Origin: Eledone cirrhosa
Taxonomy: Eukaryota
Length of the DNA: 64,000 bases
NCBI GenBank assembly: GCA_964016885.1
Contig: OZ024740.1
Location: 135,966,001-136,030,000 of the forward strand
Direction: 5' to 3'
Under the pieces are notes generated by a model. It saw only the letters and a list, made by a program, of their open reading frames with translations. It did not search any database and was not told the origin of the DNA. Of the stretch, positions 37,690-51,600 are shown one piece after another. Within the stretch, counting starts at the first letter, position 1. Every line of letters begins with the position of its first letter. The position numbers and the translations under genes are program-made.

Positions 37690-40200
37690 ACGGAGGTACT
37701 TTGTTGTCCATACCTACGGATGCTCACGCAAAAAATCGACCTGTTTGCGAAAAGATTGAAATGGAGAACATTCTTCCACGATAGATACTGCGCCAACCAG
37801 GACTTCGACACCAAGGAGATATTCGGATTCAATACCTACAAATCTCCCCCACCGAACCCTCTGCTCTCCACCTGGTCAAGGGTATAAAATTCAAACCCAG
37901 ACACAACTGATTCCTACAACAACCCCGTATTAAAATAACGGAGTATGAAAGCACCAACGACATCCTGGTGCATTCGGACAAAACTGGAAACCTCTATTTT
38001 GTCAACCCTGACAGATACCACACACTTATCAGGAGCAGTCTGAACTCGACCTACAAAAAGGCAAACCATTCTTTAAACCACGACATAAATCTAGATGGAC
38101 AACACATTACCTCTAGCCTCGGGGTTGCTGACCGTACTGAACCTCTCGACCCACGGACTCCCTACTTCACCCTGAAGGACCATAAATCCGACTTTGATCG
38201 CAAACCATCAATTAGGCTTATAAACCCGACGAAGTCAGATATAGGGAGAATCAGCAAAAAGATCCTAGACCGCGTAATACCAAAGGTCAAGCAAAACGCG
38301 AGACTTAGCCTTTGGGTCAGCACCCAGGAAGTCATCTCATGGTTCAGGAATATTGAGGATAAACGGGACACCAAATTCATCCAGTTCGACATAGAGAGCT
38401 ATTACGCCTCTATTACCCTACCGCTCCTTACAGCCGCTTTGGACTTTGCCAAAAAAATTTACACCCATTACCGACCAGGAAAAAAAACATCATTTTCCAT
38501 GCCAGGAAGACAGTCCTCCTCTTCGATAACTCCAATTGAATAAAGAGAGCTCACAATTCCCCCTTAGACGTCAGTATGGGCGCGACCGACTCGGTGGTGG
38601 TGACCGATCTTATAGGATTATTTTTACTACATAAACTCACTGAAATGTTTCCTGCATTCGGCTGTGGATTGTACCGAGATGATGGGCTCCTTACCCTCAA
38701 AGGGTACAACCCCAGTAGTACGTACCAGGTCCGTAAACACCTACTCAACTTATTCCGGGAGTGGGGTTTTAAAATCACCCTACAGACGTCCCTAACCCGA
38801 GTCAATTTCCTGGACATTACTCTCAACTTCGAAAATGATCTGTACTACTCTTACAGGAAACCAAACGACAACCTACACTACATCCACCGCCACTCTAACC
38901 ATCCTAGAAACATCATCAATAACTTGGTTAAAAACATCTCCCTCCGCATATCTCGTTTGTCCGCTAATGAGCAGATATTCGATGAACATGCGCCTTATTA
39001 CAATCAGGCCCTGAAACGAAGCGGTTTTCGGGAGGAAATCTTATATTACCCAGGCTCCCCTAGCGGAACCAGCAGGCGACGCCGCCACTCACGCCACGTA
39101 ACGTGGTTCAATCCTCCTCAGAATGCCGAGGTTGCAACACCAATCGGGAAAATCTTCTTTAGAGTCCTCAAAAAACACTCCCCACCACAACACCGCTACC
39201 TCAACATAATCAACAAAAACACTATCAAACTTCTACAGCACCACATCCAACTTCACACAAAACATCGCCTCCCCAAACAACAAGTAACTCAACTCCTACG
39301 GAAGAAACAACCTAGACATTAGTGGAGAGCCGACCAGGAGGTGTAACTGACCTGATAGATCTACGTGCCCCCTCAACAACAGATGCCGAGAACGTAACGT
39401 GATCTACCAATGCAACGTGAGGACGGAAAACCCCAACGAAGCCTATATAGGATTAACCGCCTGTGACTTTAAGACCCGGCTCTACCAACTTACTTACTTG
39501 TACTTGTACTTGTGTCGACATTCACCCTGGACGGGTTGAGCCGGCTTCTTCCCTTGTCCTGACGGCATCCCGAACGATGGCAGCCCACGCACGACGGTCC
39601 CGGGCTAGGTCACTGGAGATAGCGAGCCAGTCACGGTTCCATCGGCGCAGGCCGACCACCTGCGGACCTGAGAGTTTGGAGAGGTCCTCCTTGATCGTCG
39701 TTGCACAGGTCTTCAGCTGCCTGCCAACGCGTTTGCGCCAGTTAGGGAGTGGAGGTGGGAGGAGAACATCGCGGATCAGCTCACCCTCAGGGTGCCGGGC
39801 TGCGTGACCAAACCATCTCAAGCGCCGTTGCAGAAGCACTGAAGGAAGAGGTCGAAGATTCAGGCGAAGACGAAGACTGGCGGTAGGTACCCGATCAACG
39901 CGTCGGCAGCGAAGAATGCGGCGGAGACAGTCATTGTCGAAGACCTCCAGCCCTCGTTGATCGACTACCCTCATAGGCCATGTTTCACAGCCATAGAGGA
40001 GGATAGTGCGAACACCGACATACGTTCAGAACCCGGCCCGGCGACATGCCACTACACTTTCGGGCCACATCTGGGACCTACAAGATAATAACATCACATA
40101 CCATCTTATTTGGAGCTTACTTTCCAGGGCCAACTCCTACTCAGGAGAACGCCGTCCGTGTAACTTATGCTCGGAGGAAACAATACAAATGCTGTTTACG
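37690..40200 (+). mobile_element. Decayed Penelope-like element (RT plus C-terminal GIY-YIG with CxC-x5-C linker and CxLC; Hydra-like group)
   Basis: KRLKWRTFF, SDKTGNLY, FIQFDIESYY, MGATDS, GLYRDDGL, VNFLDITL, VIYQC..AYIGLT..FKTRL, LSGHIWDL, CNLCSEE; frameshifts. Confidence 0.88.
39490..40013 (-). mobile_element. 5'-truncated RTE LINE inserted in the PLE endonuclease domain
   Basis: VRTILLYGCETW...FDNDCLRRIL...RRLRWFGHAAR; (CAAGTA)n tail; flanks rejoin to LYQHRHTF. Confidence 0.9.
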
Positions 40201-40495
40201 ATGGAGGGTCTGTGGTTTTTCTCACAGAGATGTGAGAAAAACCACAGACCCTCCATCTCAACCCTACTTTTGAAAAGCAGAAGAACTGCGAAACCGGTAA
40301 AGGAACCAAATAAATATATAATTTTTTTTTAAATAGGCACTCCAATTCATGCAGCCTGTTATATCTACATTAGGGTGCATAACCCAACGACACTTAAGTA
40401 CCTGTATATGTCACCGTTGAAACTAATTATACTTAACTCATCCTATGGACTGAGTGCTCTTATCCTTGGATAATTCTACCAAACCTTTACTACAG
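40200..40495 (+). mobile_element. PLE pLTR/tail (family G) with 27-bp-arm hairpin and variant hammerhead
   Basis: GATGGAGGGTCTGTGGTTTTTCTCACA and its inverse; HHR-like motif at 40267-40302; homologous to 46490-46640. Confidence 0.7.
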
Positions 40496-40523
40496 AGTAT
40501 ATATACATATACATATATATATA

Positions 40524-41071
<548 letters not shown>

Positions 41072-41628
41072 TGCATGTATATAGATTTGTAAACAAAGAT
41101 GTAGACTTAGGAAGCATTAGGAAAATTTAAAACTTGAAATGTGCGCGCCTCAACGCATATGAGCATAATAATAGTCGATCATTACATATAATAGTTAAGG
41201 AAGTTGTGTAAAGTATCCCTGCAAACGGGAAAAAGTAGACGCAGTTGGCTCTACCTACTTTTTTCCGTCTTCGGGAGTACTTTACCCGATTATCTCAACT
41301 ATCTTTCAAAGTGATCAACTATGGTCATTTGCGTTGGGATGCACACATACATAGATTTATTTTTGTTAAAATATTCATATCAGTACCTTTTATGTTTTCA
41401 ATTATCATAGGATATCGTTTTCGTCACGTGTCATACAATTCAACAACATATTCAATTTTTTCATACAAACTTTTTTGATATAACCAATACTTGTTGGAGC
41501 AGTCTGCTGAGATGTTTGACTTTAGGAAATTGATTTAAATTAGTAGGTCAATTGAATGGTCAAGCCAAGTTAAAAAGGAGAGTCAGGTTGAACCACTTTT
41601 ATCTGCTCCTTGTTATTTAAAACTCTAG

Positions 41629-42788
41629 GATGTTATGTGTCGGAACACCGTCAACCACAGACGAACCGTACATTCAGAAAGTGTAAGTATTCCTCACACA
41701 AAACATTACATTTATTTTATTGGTAACTGATAATACTTTACGGTCTATTTCGCGATTCATTTTAGTGATTCTATCAAAAGCATAAACTGGCAGAATCTCT
41801 TGATTCTATCAAAAGCATAAACAGGCAGAATCTCTTGCATAGGTAAATGGAAAATGAATGGCTATTTTTCAGTGTCATTTGATTAATTTTCCTTTTCATT
41901 AAACATTTTAAAAAATTAAATGTGTTTTAACTAAACTAATTACATCGTCAATTTAGTCAATTTAGCCATTCAAAAACATGAAAAAAACTGTTAACTTTTC
42001 TTTAAATTTATTATGCGTTTTCTTTTTATGAAATAATGCAAAAATATCTAATTTGAGCCTTTAACAGTATTAATGATAAAATGGAACAACGTGAAAAGAA
42101 GTACCTTTCTTGAATACATGTAGGGATCGCTTCCACGACCTTCTGATTTTGTGACTAACGCCATAACCATTAGGTTATGAGCCTTAACGTAATATGTATA
42201 CGCAAGGATGGGTTAATATTTACTGCAAATAATGCTAATATTAATTTTACTGTATAGACCCGTAACTCTTTCTGGAGTGGTAGGGGCACGTCGTGACATA
42301 TGGCGTGAATTAGACACTTTTAAATCTGGCGGAGCCCATCCCTTCTCCAGGCCGGAATACAGTAAATTTCTTCCAGAGGAAAGAGGGCGTGAAAGAGAGG
42401 TACGAAGTCAGATGGACATATAGAGGGAGAATCGACCCCAATGCTGGACTGGTACATTTTTTTTATCGAGCTTGACAGAATGAAAGGTAACATTGATCTA
42501 GGCGGGATTTAAATTCAAGGAGTGCAGAGAGCCAGAACGAATACCGCAATACATTTTATCTGAGGTTCTAACGACTCTACCAATTCGCCGCGGTATTCAT
42601 TTGACTAACTTTAGCAAAATCATTGCAATGGTATCATGAACTTGTAGATTACTAAAATCGGAAAAACGTTATTTTTAGTTCTCAAATTTGAGCATCAGTG
42701 ATTCAGAAAGTGAACTAAACACCCGTTTTGAATTAAGCAGGGTGACATTTAATTTCCCATTATAGATAATAGGCAGAGGGAATTGTAA
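41629..42788 (+). other. Weak candidate multi-exon transcript (41629-41682, 41766-41842, 42258-42361, 42766-42788)
   Basis: AG/GT-bounded segments (donors GTAAGT, GTAAAT); phases are compatible only if a 35-bp duplication in segment 2 is removed; segment 3 is a dispersed repeat; no recognisable protein. Confidence 0.2.
42430..42591 (-). mobile_element. SINE family S1 (diverged)
   Basis: Reverse complement of the S1 head and core. Confidence 0.6.
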
Positions 42789-43374
42789 AGGCTTGCCTCA
42801 ATAGTGAATAGAACGAATATGAACGAAACAACGGAATAGTGTTCAGAAGCTAAACCTCAGTTATTCTTGTGCTCAATTAAACACACTTTGTACATATCTT
42901 CATCGATCGTAATTTTGTATTGTTCAAATATATATCTTTACTATAATAACATTGTTTGGTCAAGTTGCTGAACAAGCAGGAACTTTACTAATTAAGTTAT
43001 TGTTCAGAATTTCTTTAGTATATTTGGTTTCGTTGGCGTTTGTTTGTATAGCTAAAGAACAACGAAGAATACATAGATAGCTTGAAAGAAAGTAATCATA
43101 TTGCTAAGAACGAATCTACAAATAAATAGATCAAAGAACATTCATTTCAACATACAGAAACTTACTAAAGTATTTCGAATATAAAAAAAAATGTATCTAA
43201 TAGTCTGCTAGCGAATTGTATATGTATATATATATGAATGTGCTTTCAATATGCGCGCGTGTATATGTGTGTGTGCGTGAAATAGAGTTGTGCCGTAAAA
43301 GACTGAGGTAATTGTGTGTGAGAGTCAACGGCCATCCGAAAGTGTGTAACTATGTATATACACATGTACCGCGC

Positions 43375-43705
43375 GGTTAAACCACTGGGAGTGAAGGGCC
43401 CCTAGCCTTTGTTAGGGCATTCTTCTAGGAGAAGGCAACTCAGGAAACTGGGATAACTTCGATATAAAACCTGCGACTCAGTAGTTACCGATGATGTTGA
43501 TCTTTTCTTCTTTTCGGGTTATAGCTACTGTCGCTCAGAGAGTGGGATTGGCTCAGTGCACAGTCTTTCCTCACTTTAAAAAATATCTTCACGCACAGGC
43601 ATTGTACGATAGAATTAATTAATAATTATTAATAATGGTATATCATGCAATGGCCATACTCGATAACGAGGGGCCAGCCATTATCATGTATGTATGTATG
43701 CATGT
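43375..43705 (+). mobile_element. ~310-bp non-autonomous RTE-like element with (TATG)n tail
   Basis: Sister of 285-598. Confidence 0.75.
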
Positions 43706-45093
43706 ATGAAAGGTCATGGAACGAATCCAAACATACGCTCGGATAGTTTCACTTCAGTTTTATTTTTGAGGTAATAAATTAATTGTCAGCGTTCTTTCGT
43801 CACAGCCTAAGTTACCTTATGTGCTCCTCTTTGTTCACATGTCATCTTTATTCCATTTTCTTTGTCTAAAACTGAAATAAAACTTAGTCAGCGTGTTTCC
43901 AATTATAAGTATAGTACGTCGGACGGGCTTCCAAACAGTTTATGCCTGCCCAATTTTATTCGCAAGGATTGGATCGTATGGTAAAGGACAGTTGACCCAA
44001 ATGCTGTGCAGTGGGATCGAACCGGAGATTTTATGATTAGTTCTTAACCATTTGACTACATTGTGTCTATTACTACTATCTAACAAAGTAAAAGTCACTC
44101 TTTTCTGTTCCAATTTAGTACTACCATGCCATATATTCAAAATTCTTAGACATTAATATATAATTTTCTCACCTTTATCTTGGTTAATTCTTGTCATAAA
44201 CATATAATTCAAGTGTGATATACTGCTATATTAAACAGTAGCAAAATACCTATTTACAGGCTTCTGTGTTATTATCTGATGTTATTTAGCTCAAAATCAG
44301 TTCTGATCGATCAGATTAATGATCAATGTCGTTCCAGTTGTGAATATGATGTGTTGATGTTTTTTTTAATTTTTCGTCACACTGTCTAATGAGGTTGGAC
44401 ATAACATAGTGAATTGTTAAGAGGTTCGTTTCACAATTATTAGGTCCTGGGTTCCTCTCACTATCTAACAAGTCTCATTTACTACTGCATCGGATTTATC
44501 CATGCTTTGTGATTGAAATAGGGTAGATGGAAACTGTTTGGAAGCCTGTCCGTGTGTAATTCACGCTGAAAACCCCTGAGAATTTCGTTCAAGAAACACG
44601 TATCTGTAGAACGCTCAGTTTCTTGCACGTTAATTTCATGCGCAAGTACAACACTCATCGTCGAAATCGAGGGAGTCTATTATCTATTGTGTATTCTTTT
44701 TAAAGAGAGTATGGTGGGATTTGAAAGATACATGCCTTCTATTTATAACAGATTTCAAAGTCATACACTTTGTCATGTCTCCAAAAGCAGGCTTATGTTC
44801 AATGACCTTCTAAGCGTGCCTAACTATTCAAATATAGACTACATTATCTAATTTGTCCTTCCTTTTTTAAAGATTGTAGAGCGAGCTATGAGAGATTTTG
44901 CTGTTATTTCTATAAGGTTTATAACTTTCTTCGAGTTTATGACAGCCGGCCACAAATTAATTTTCTATATTTTTAATGATATTTTCATAAACATTCTATG
45001 ATCGATCCTACTGCCAAGTGTCTCTGACAATAGTATCGGTTTGACTTGGTACACAGATACACTGTGGAATGTATTTGTGTGTGTGTGAATGTT

Positions 45094-45155
<62 letters not shown>

Positions 45156-45304
45156 CATGTGGTTGACGGCTGAGAGAAAAAAGAACTCAATACCGAAGTA
45201 GAGTTCAGCCGTCGGTGTCCCGAATCCTTCATATATATATATATATATTTATTAAAATATAAATATTAATAAAATAGATGTTCTTTTGTTCAATTACATT
45301 TTAT

Positions 45305-45347
45305 TATACATATTTCGGATGTACAACAGTACGTCCTCATCAGACAA
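45305..45347 (-). ncRNA. Degenerate minimal hammerhead
   Basis: Minus strand CTGATGA-GGACGTAC-tgtt-GTACATCC-GAAA-TATG-T; cleavage site and stem I register are imperfect. Confidence 0.5.
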
Positions 45348-46217
45348 AATATAATGATACATGACATACCCTGAGATGTTAAATGGTTAAGATTTAATCA
45401 AGGTAATAATATTACACAAATATGACCCTCCCCAAGTATAACAATATTTGTTTCGACACACGATTTCATATCAAAAACCTCGCAAAACTAATTCATCGCC
45501 GTTATATATATATATATATATATATATACTACCTAAACTAGCCGTACTTTGGACGGTTCAAGTAGCTTTCGATGTAGCTCATTAAACTAAACAAAGTAAA
45601 TTTGAATACATAGAAGAAAAACGTACTTTATGTAAACATGAAAACCTTAGGCACTATCCCAGCGAAATAATTAATATGTGAGCTCGGTGTCTTTTTTGAC
45701 AACAGTAAAAGTGCATCATGAAATAGAGAAGTGAAGTGAATAATAGACACTATTATGTACAAAGCATAATATTGTAAAAGTTATGACATCACTTAATGTA
45801 TGAACATCAAGCTTGAAACGATAAATTATACAATGTCAAATCTATAACTTAACTTAGTAATTTGTTAGAAATTGCTGGTTGTGAAATATACAAAATGATA
45901 TTGTTAGTCTCAAGGAAGCGTACCTTTTGTTTCAAGTACAAACAGTAAATTAAAACCGAATGAGCCGAATTACGAAAGATAACTCTTGTCTTACTTAATC
46001 ACGAAAATTCACACAAATAACCGAAACTTTTTTAATGTCTCCAAAGACCCCAATATAGATTTTTGAAAACCTTTGTAGATCATGTACAGGTTTTGTGCAA
46101 GGAGAAGCTCTGTAAAAAATTTCAAAGAAATCGTATGAATTGTTTAGAATATATGAGCCCTCATTAAAAATTGTCCACACCACACACACACATACAGCAT
46201 ACAGAAAACTTCGTCTT

Positions 46218-46312
<95 letters not shown>

Positions 46313-46369
46313 GTGAGTTTTTTTTTACAAAATGAAAAATAACCGAGGTGTCCTACACGAGTGAAAGTA

Positions 46370-46658
46370 TAAAGAAAAAAAGATGAAATCGAAAATGCAA
46401 CTGGAGTCTTATTTAAAAAAATATATATATATTTATTTGGTTCCTTTACCGGTTTTGCAGTTCTTCTGCTTTTCAAAAGTAGAGTTGAGGTGGAGGGTCT
46501 GTGGTTTTTCTCTCATCTGTGAGAAAAACCACAGACCCTCCATCGCAACTCTACTTTTGAAAAGCAGAAGAACTGCGAAACCGGTAAAGGAACCAAATAA
46601 ATATATATATATTTTTTTAAATAAGACTCCAGTTGCATTTTCGATTTCATCTTTTTTT

Positions 46659-46663
<5 letters not shown>
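46370..46663. mobile_element. ~290-bp near-perfect palindrome of PLE family G
   Basis: Arms of ~143 bp centred near 46516; variant hammerhead at 46554-46589. Confidence 0.85.
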
Positions 46664-46723
<60 letters not shown>

Positions 46724-47317
46724 AAAAAAAATGGCGTGCTGCGTTGTTGCAAATGGGATGCATATGAATAAAATTAGACCGTCATCAGTGATCTTCCAGC
46801 CGTCATTGGTATTTCTTCGCATTAAAGATCATATACCTCTGGCTGGTGCGAGCAATAACTAAAAAAAGTTATTGGGACACGTAGAATAGGGTGAAAGCGG
46901 GCGAGACATGTAAACAAACAGAGATGGTAATGCAACGGAAAGAGAGGAAGAGGGGAAACAAGTCTGTGATATCTGTGAACTTAAGTTTGATCAAATCATG
47001 GACGAGGAGAGACACAGACACGTCCAAGTCATGTGAAATGTGAGCGACAAAAGGATTTCACACAGGTCAGACGGGAGGAAGTGAGAGAGGGGGAGTAGTA
47101 GAGTGAAAGTGTGAGGAAGAGGCCAGCTGAGAGAGAGTGACTGGCAGAGGGGGTGAAATGAAGGTGAGAGATACAGGGGGAGAGAAAGAGGATAGCAGTA
47201 AGAAAGAAACAAACTGGTCACAGCGGAGGGAAAAATATAAATGAAAAATGGCATGCTGCGTTGTTGCAAATGGGATACATATGAATAAAATTAGAGTGAG
47301 AAGACAGGGCGTCCGTC

Positions 47318-47373
<56 letters not shown>

Positions 47374-48477
47374 CATATACATGTATGCACGAAATTGCAT
47401 TGCCGAGGGGGTGTCTGATAAGGAAGTTAGATGCATTTGTTCATTGGTTTTTTTTTTATGAGTACCAGATTAAATACTGGGGTCGAAAATACTTGATTAA
47501 AGTTTCTAGGCGATGGCCCAGCATACCCGCGTTCCAATGCCTGAAATCAGTATACCATGAAAAGAAAATCATGATAACTCAATTATATTTTCGACGGTGT
47601 TTGGGTTTCCAATGTGGTTAGCAAGAAAACAAAATAATTCCTTTCGACACATTGAAGAACATTTCGTTAAACCAATAATTCAATTGGGATTTCGATGTTT
47701 AGTTACTTCGCTTGGTATAGTTCTTCTTTTCCTTTTGTACTATCCGATATTTAATGGGGGTACGCTTTTAAAGAGAGCGTGCCTGTGTGTGCGCCTATGT
47801 GTGTGTCTATGTGTGTGTCTATGCGTGTGTATAGACGCGTGTGTATGTTTGTGCGTATGTTTGTGCGTATGTGTGTGTTTGCGTGTGTGCGTGTGTGTAT
47901 GGGTGTGAGTTCGTGCATGTGTGTGTATCTCTGTATGTGTATATGTGTGTATGTGAGTGTGTATATCTGTGTGGTTATGTATGTGTAAATGTGTGTGTGT
48001 GCATTTGTGTGTGTTTGAGTGTTTGTGTGTGTGGGGGGAGGGGAGCTATGGGTGTGTATGTGGGTGTGTTGTATCTGTGTGTGTATTATGTATGTGTGTG
48101 CATTTGTGTGCGTATGTGAGTGTGCGGGCGTGTGAGTGTGTGTATGCATCTCTGTGTGTGTATGCATGTGTGTGAATGTTAGGTTGGGTATTGTGTTATG
48201 CTGTGTTGGCAGTAATATAGGGTTTTACAGATGTAACGACAGCGAACTCTAAACGTTGGAACCAACAGGTTTAAAGGACATAAGGGCTCTACAAATGCTA
48301 TGTCAGATCTTTCAATGTTGGCACAGAGTGACGGTCGATTAAATTAACCCGAGTATATGATTGCCACTATATTCTATGGCGGGGGGTAGCTGGTGCAGCT
48401 ATTAACATTGCAGGCTTGTTGCTGCAGCGCCATTTCCTTCCTATATGGAGTTCTTTTTCTTCAAGTTCAGAATTACT

Positions 48478-48572
<95 letters not shown>

Positions 48573-49126
48573 TCAGAAATGCTTCTTTCTTTGAGCTAAT
48601 TAATTGTAAAGGACTGTTTGAGTTTATAACTCTAAATATAATATAGTATTACGGCTCCTTTTGTTGAGCTAAATTTTAATCCCATATAAACGGCTGTTAT
48701 TTCTAGCACCATGAGTATGGGGATAGCTAGTGAGCTGGAAAACCACGTGTGTTTGCGCTTGTACACCAGACCTCCAAAATTATTTCGAGGTGAAACATGC
48801 TAATTTTCTGGATACCTGTTGATGAACACAGAAATTGGAATCTTTAACTTTTTTATACTATCGTTGCGAAACTTATTTGGGTTTTGAAGTTTAAATTTGT
48901 CTGCGGAACAGGTTTGGATTTTGAAATTTAAATTTGTCCAGGTATCACGGTTATTGCCAATATGGGTTTGTTTTTATTGATTTATTATTTTAAATCGAGA
49001 CAGGCAAACTATATTTATTTTAATTAGTATATTTCATTCTAGCTAACTTGGTCATTTACAATACAAACACTTATGTGTTTATCATATATTAATTTATATT
49101 AACTTGTATATATATATATATATATA

Positions 49127-49172
<46 letters not shown>

Positions 49173-50959
49173 TGCCTCTACTGCATCCACTAGTGGAATG
49201 CACTTCACCTCTCTTTCTCTCCATCCATCTCTCTCTCTCTCTCCCTCCCCCCTCTCTCTCTCTATATATATATATATGCGTGTGTGTGTGCATGTGTGTG
49301 TGTATGTCTGTGTATGTTCGCATGTATGTGTGTGTGTTTGTATGTGTCTGGGTATTTGTGCGTTTCAGCGTGTATGTCTGTATGTTTTTGTCTGCGTGGA
49401 TGTGTTTGTGTGTGTGGTATTTAAGATGAAAGAAAAGCTGATATTGCTGAAGTTTTTGAGCCTCGTGTATCATCAGGTATTTCCATTTCTGGTAATACCC
49501 CATGCTATAGAAAGCGGAAGAAAGTAGTTGAGTTGTGTAAAAAAATACATCAACATTTTATTAATTTTTATTTCATTAAGTATTTATCTAAATAGTTACC
49601 AAATGTCTGTTCTGATGTTTATTTATGAGATATTTATCAAACCACCTCATAAGAGTCTCTAACACTAGATTTATTGCGAGGAAGCCACTTTCCATATTTA
49701 TATTATTTGTTTGGGTGTTTTTGAGTGATTTGTCGGAAATATTTCAAAAGATGAAGCAGATGTTTTCGTAAAACAGGATTGAAATATGGATAATTAAAAT
49801 TAATAATATTTTCTTAAAAATCTGAAATTGAATCGCGAACTAAAATCATAATTCAAATTTCAAAAAGAAACTGAGTCCAACTAAATTTCAATTTTTTTAA
49901 AATTGAAATTTAATGCGAATTAGAACTTCAATTTCAGATTAGGTCCGTTCAATTTTGGTTTAGGAAAAATCTGAATTTTAGCAATTGAAAGTTCAAAATG
50001 AAAACAAAAGTGGATTATGGTTATGATTGCTTTGAGCAGAAATACATGAGAAAAACTAGAGTAGAGTTGTATAAGAATTACACCTCTATCTTATATTTCA
50101 TATTTCGCGATTATGACTTCTTTTTCGAAAGAAATTAAATGTGGTAGGGTGAAGACAAGCCGTACTCGTACGTCCTTAAGATAAACAACTTTAAACTGTA
50201 AATATATTGCATCCATAGATAATCGAAACTTAATATAAATCTAAAGATTTTGAATTACTTTTTAATGCAAGCAGCCTTTCATATGATAGAGATAGTCGTG
50301 GTTTCTTGTAAGAGAATCATTGCCAGATCCCAATCCTACATTTATATATTCCTATTGAAAACTCCAAAATGAAAGAAAAAACAGGGAGATGAAAATACTT
50401 TTGGTTAAGATTATTTTGCATAAGCCAGTACAATGCAAACTAGATATACAAGAGAGTTTTTACTTTATTTCGATAATTATTTATAGTTTCGTGTCCAGTG
50501 TTTATTAACTTTACCATAGACACTGCCGCGGTAGTAGAATACGATCATACACCCCTTCAGCTAGTAGTTCAACACCCTATGGAGCCGCTTATCTGCGACA
50601 CTATTATTTGTCAATAAGGAATACACCACACAATGTTTTAAAATGTTCACTCTTCCCAGATCAACCACTTCTTATAGTCGGTGTTGGTGTTGTTTTTAGC
50701 CCGGTGTTAACCTGTTATCAAAAGCATTCCAGCTGCGGCCATCCAGTCAAAAGACTTATCGCAGCCCACATTAATGAATATGTCTTATATTTAGTGTGGT
50801 CAGGTGTGTTTTGAAGGAGCTTTCGTTGCAATTTCTAGCAAGTCGAGCAACCAGTTAAATGTGCTATCATGGGCTTGTATTATAATAGACCAAACATTCG
50901 GGTAATTTTGAAAAATAAACTTTCCATCTATCAGAAAACAAAATAGCTTATTAAATTTG

Positions 50960-51001
<42 letters not shown>

Positions 51002-51104
51002 AACTATTTTGGTGTATATATAACTATTTGGTATTTTATAACAAATTTAATAAGGTATTTTGGTGTATATATATTATCAAATGATTCTATGAACATACTT
51101 TATA

Positions 51105-51182
<78 letters not shown>

Positions 51183-51188
<6 letters not shown>

Positions 51189-51600
51189 ATACTTGGGGAG
51201 GGTCATATTTGTGTAATATTGCCAGAATTAATAACAGAACACACTCACTGTTTGGTTGGTTTTCGCTTCTCGCTGTCTTTTATATCTGCGATCTAACTTA
51301 ATCGGTCCTCAATGTTGCCATTGACTGACCGACGGTCAAAAATAATACAGATACAATATAGACACAAACACAGATATATAGTTTACATAATTTACATAAA
51401 TCTTTCGTTGCACATCTGCAACATCGTCAGTGGTGTTATATTTTTTCCTCCTGTTGTGTTGTATGTCTACGCCATTTTTTATTCAGTCTGTCTATATATT
51501 TATTTATTTGCTTGTTTGTTTATTTTATTTTGTCTTCTTTGCTCATGCGTTTGCGTGTGTGTATAGTGTTATGTTTGCTGTGTGACTAGTGTGTATAGTG
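51183..51600 (-). mobile_element. PLE family B pLTR fragment with hammerhead core (CTGACGA) at ~51398-51435
   Basis: Reverse-complement homolog of 40740-41025. Confidence 0.7.

Noticed and set aside
49420-50600. Short minus-strand exon-like pieces (~49420-49505, ~50515-50577)
   Set aside because: Weak acceptors, conflicting frames, no recognisable protein.
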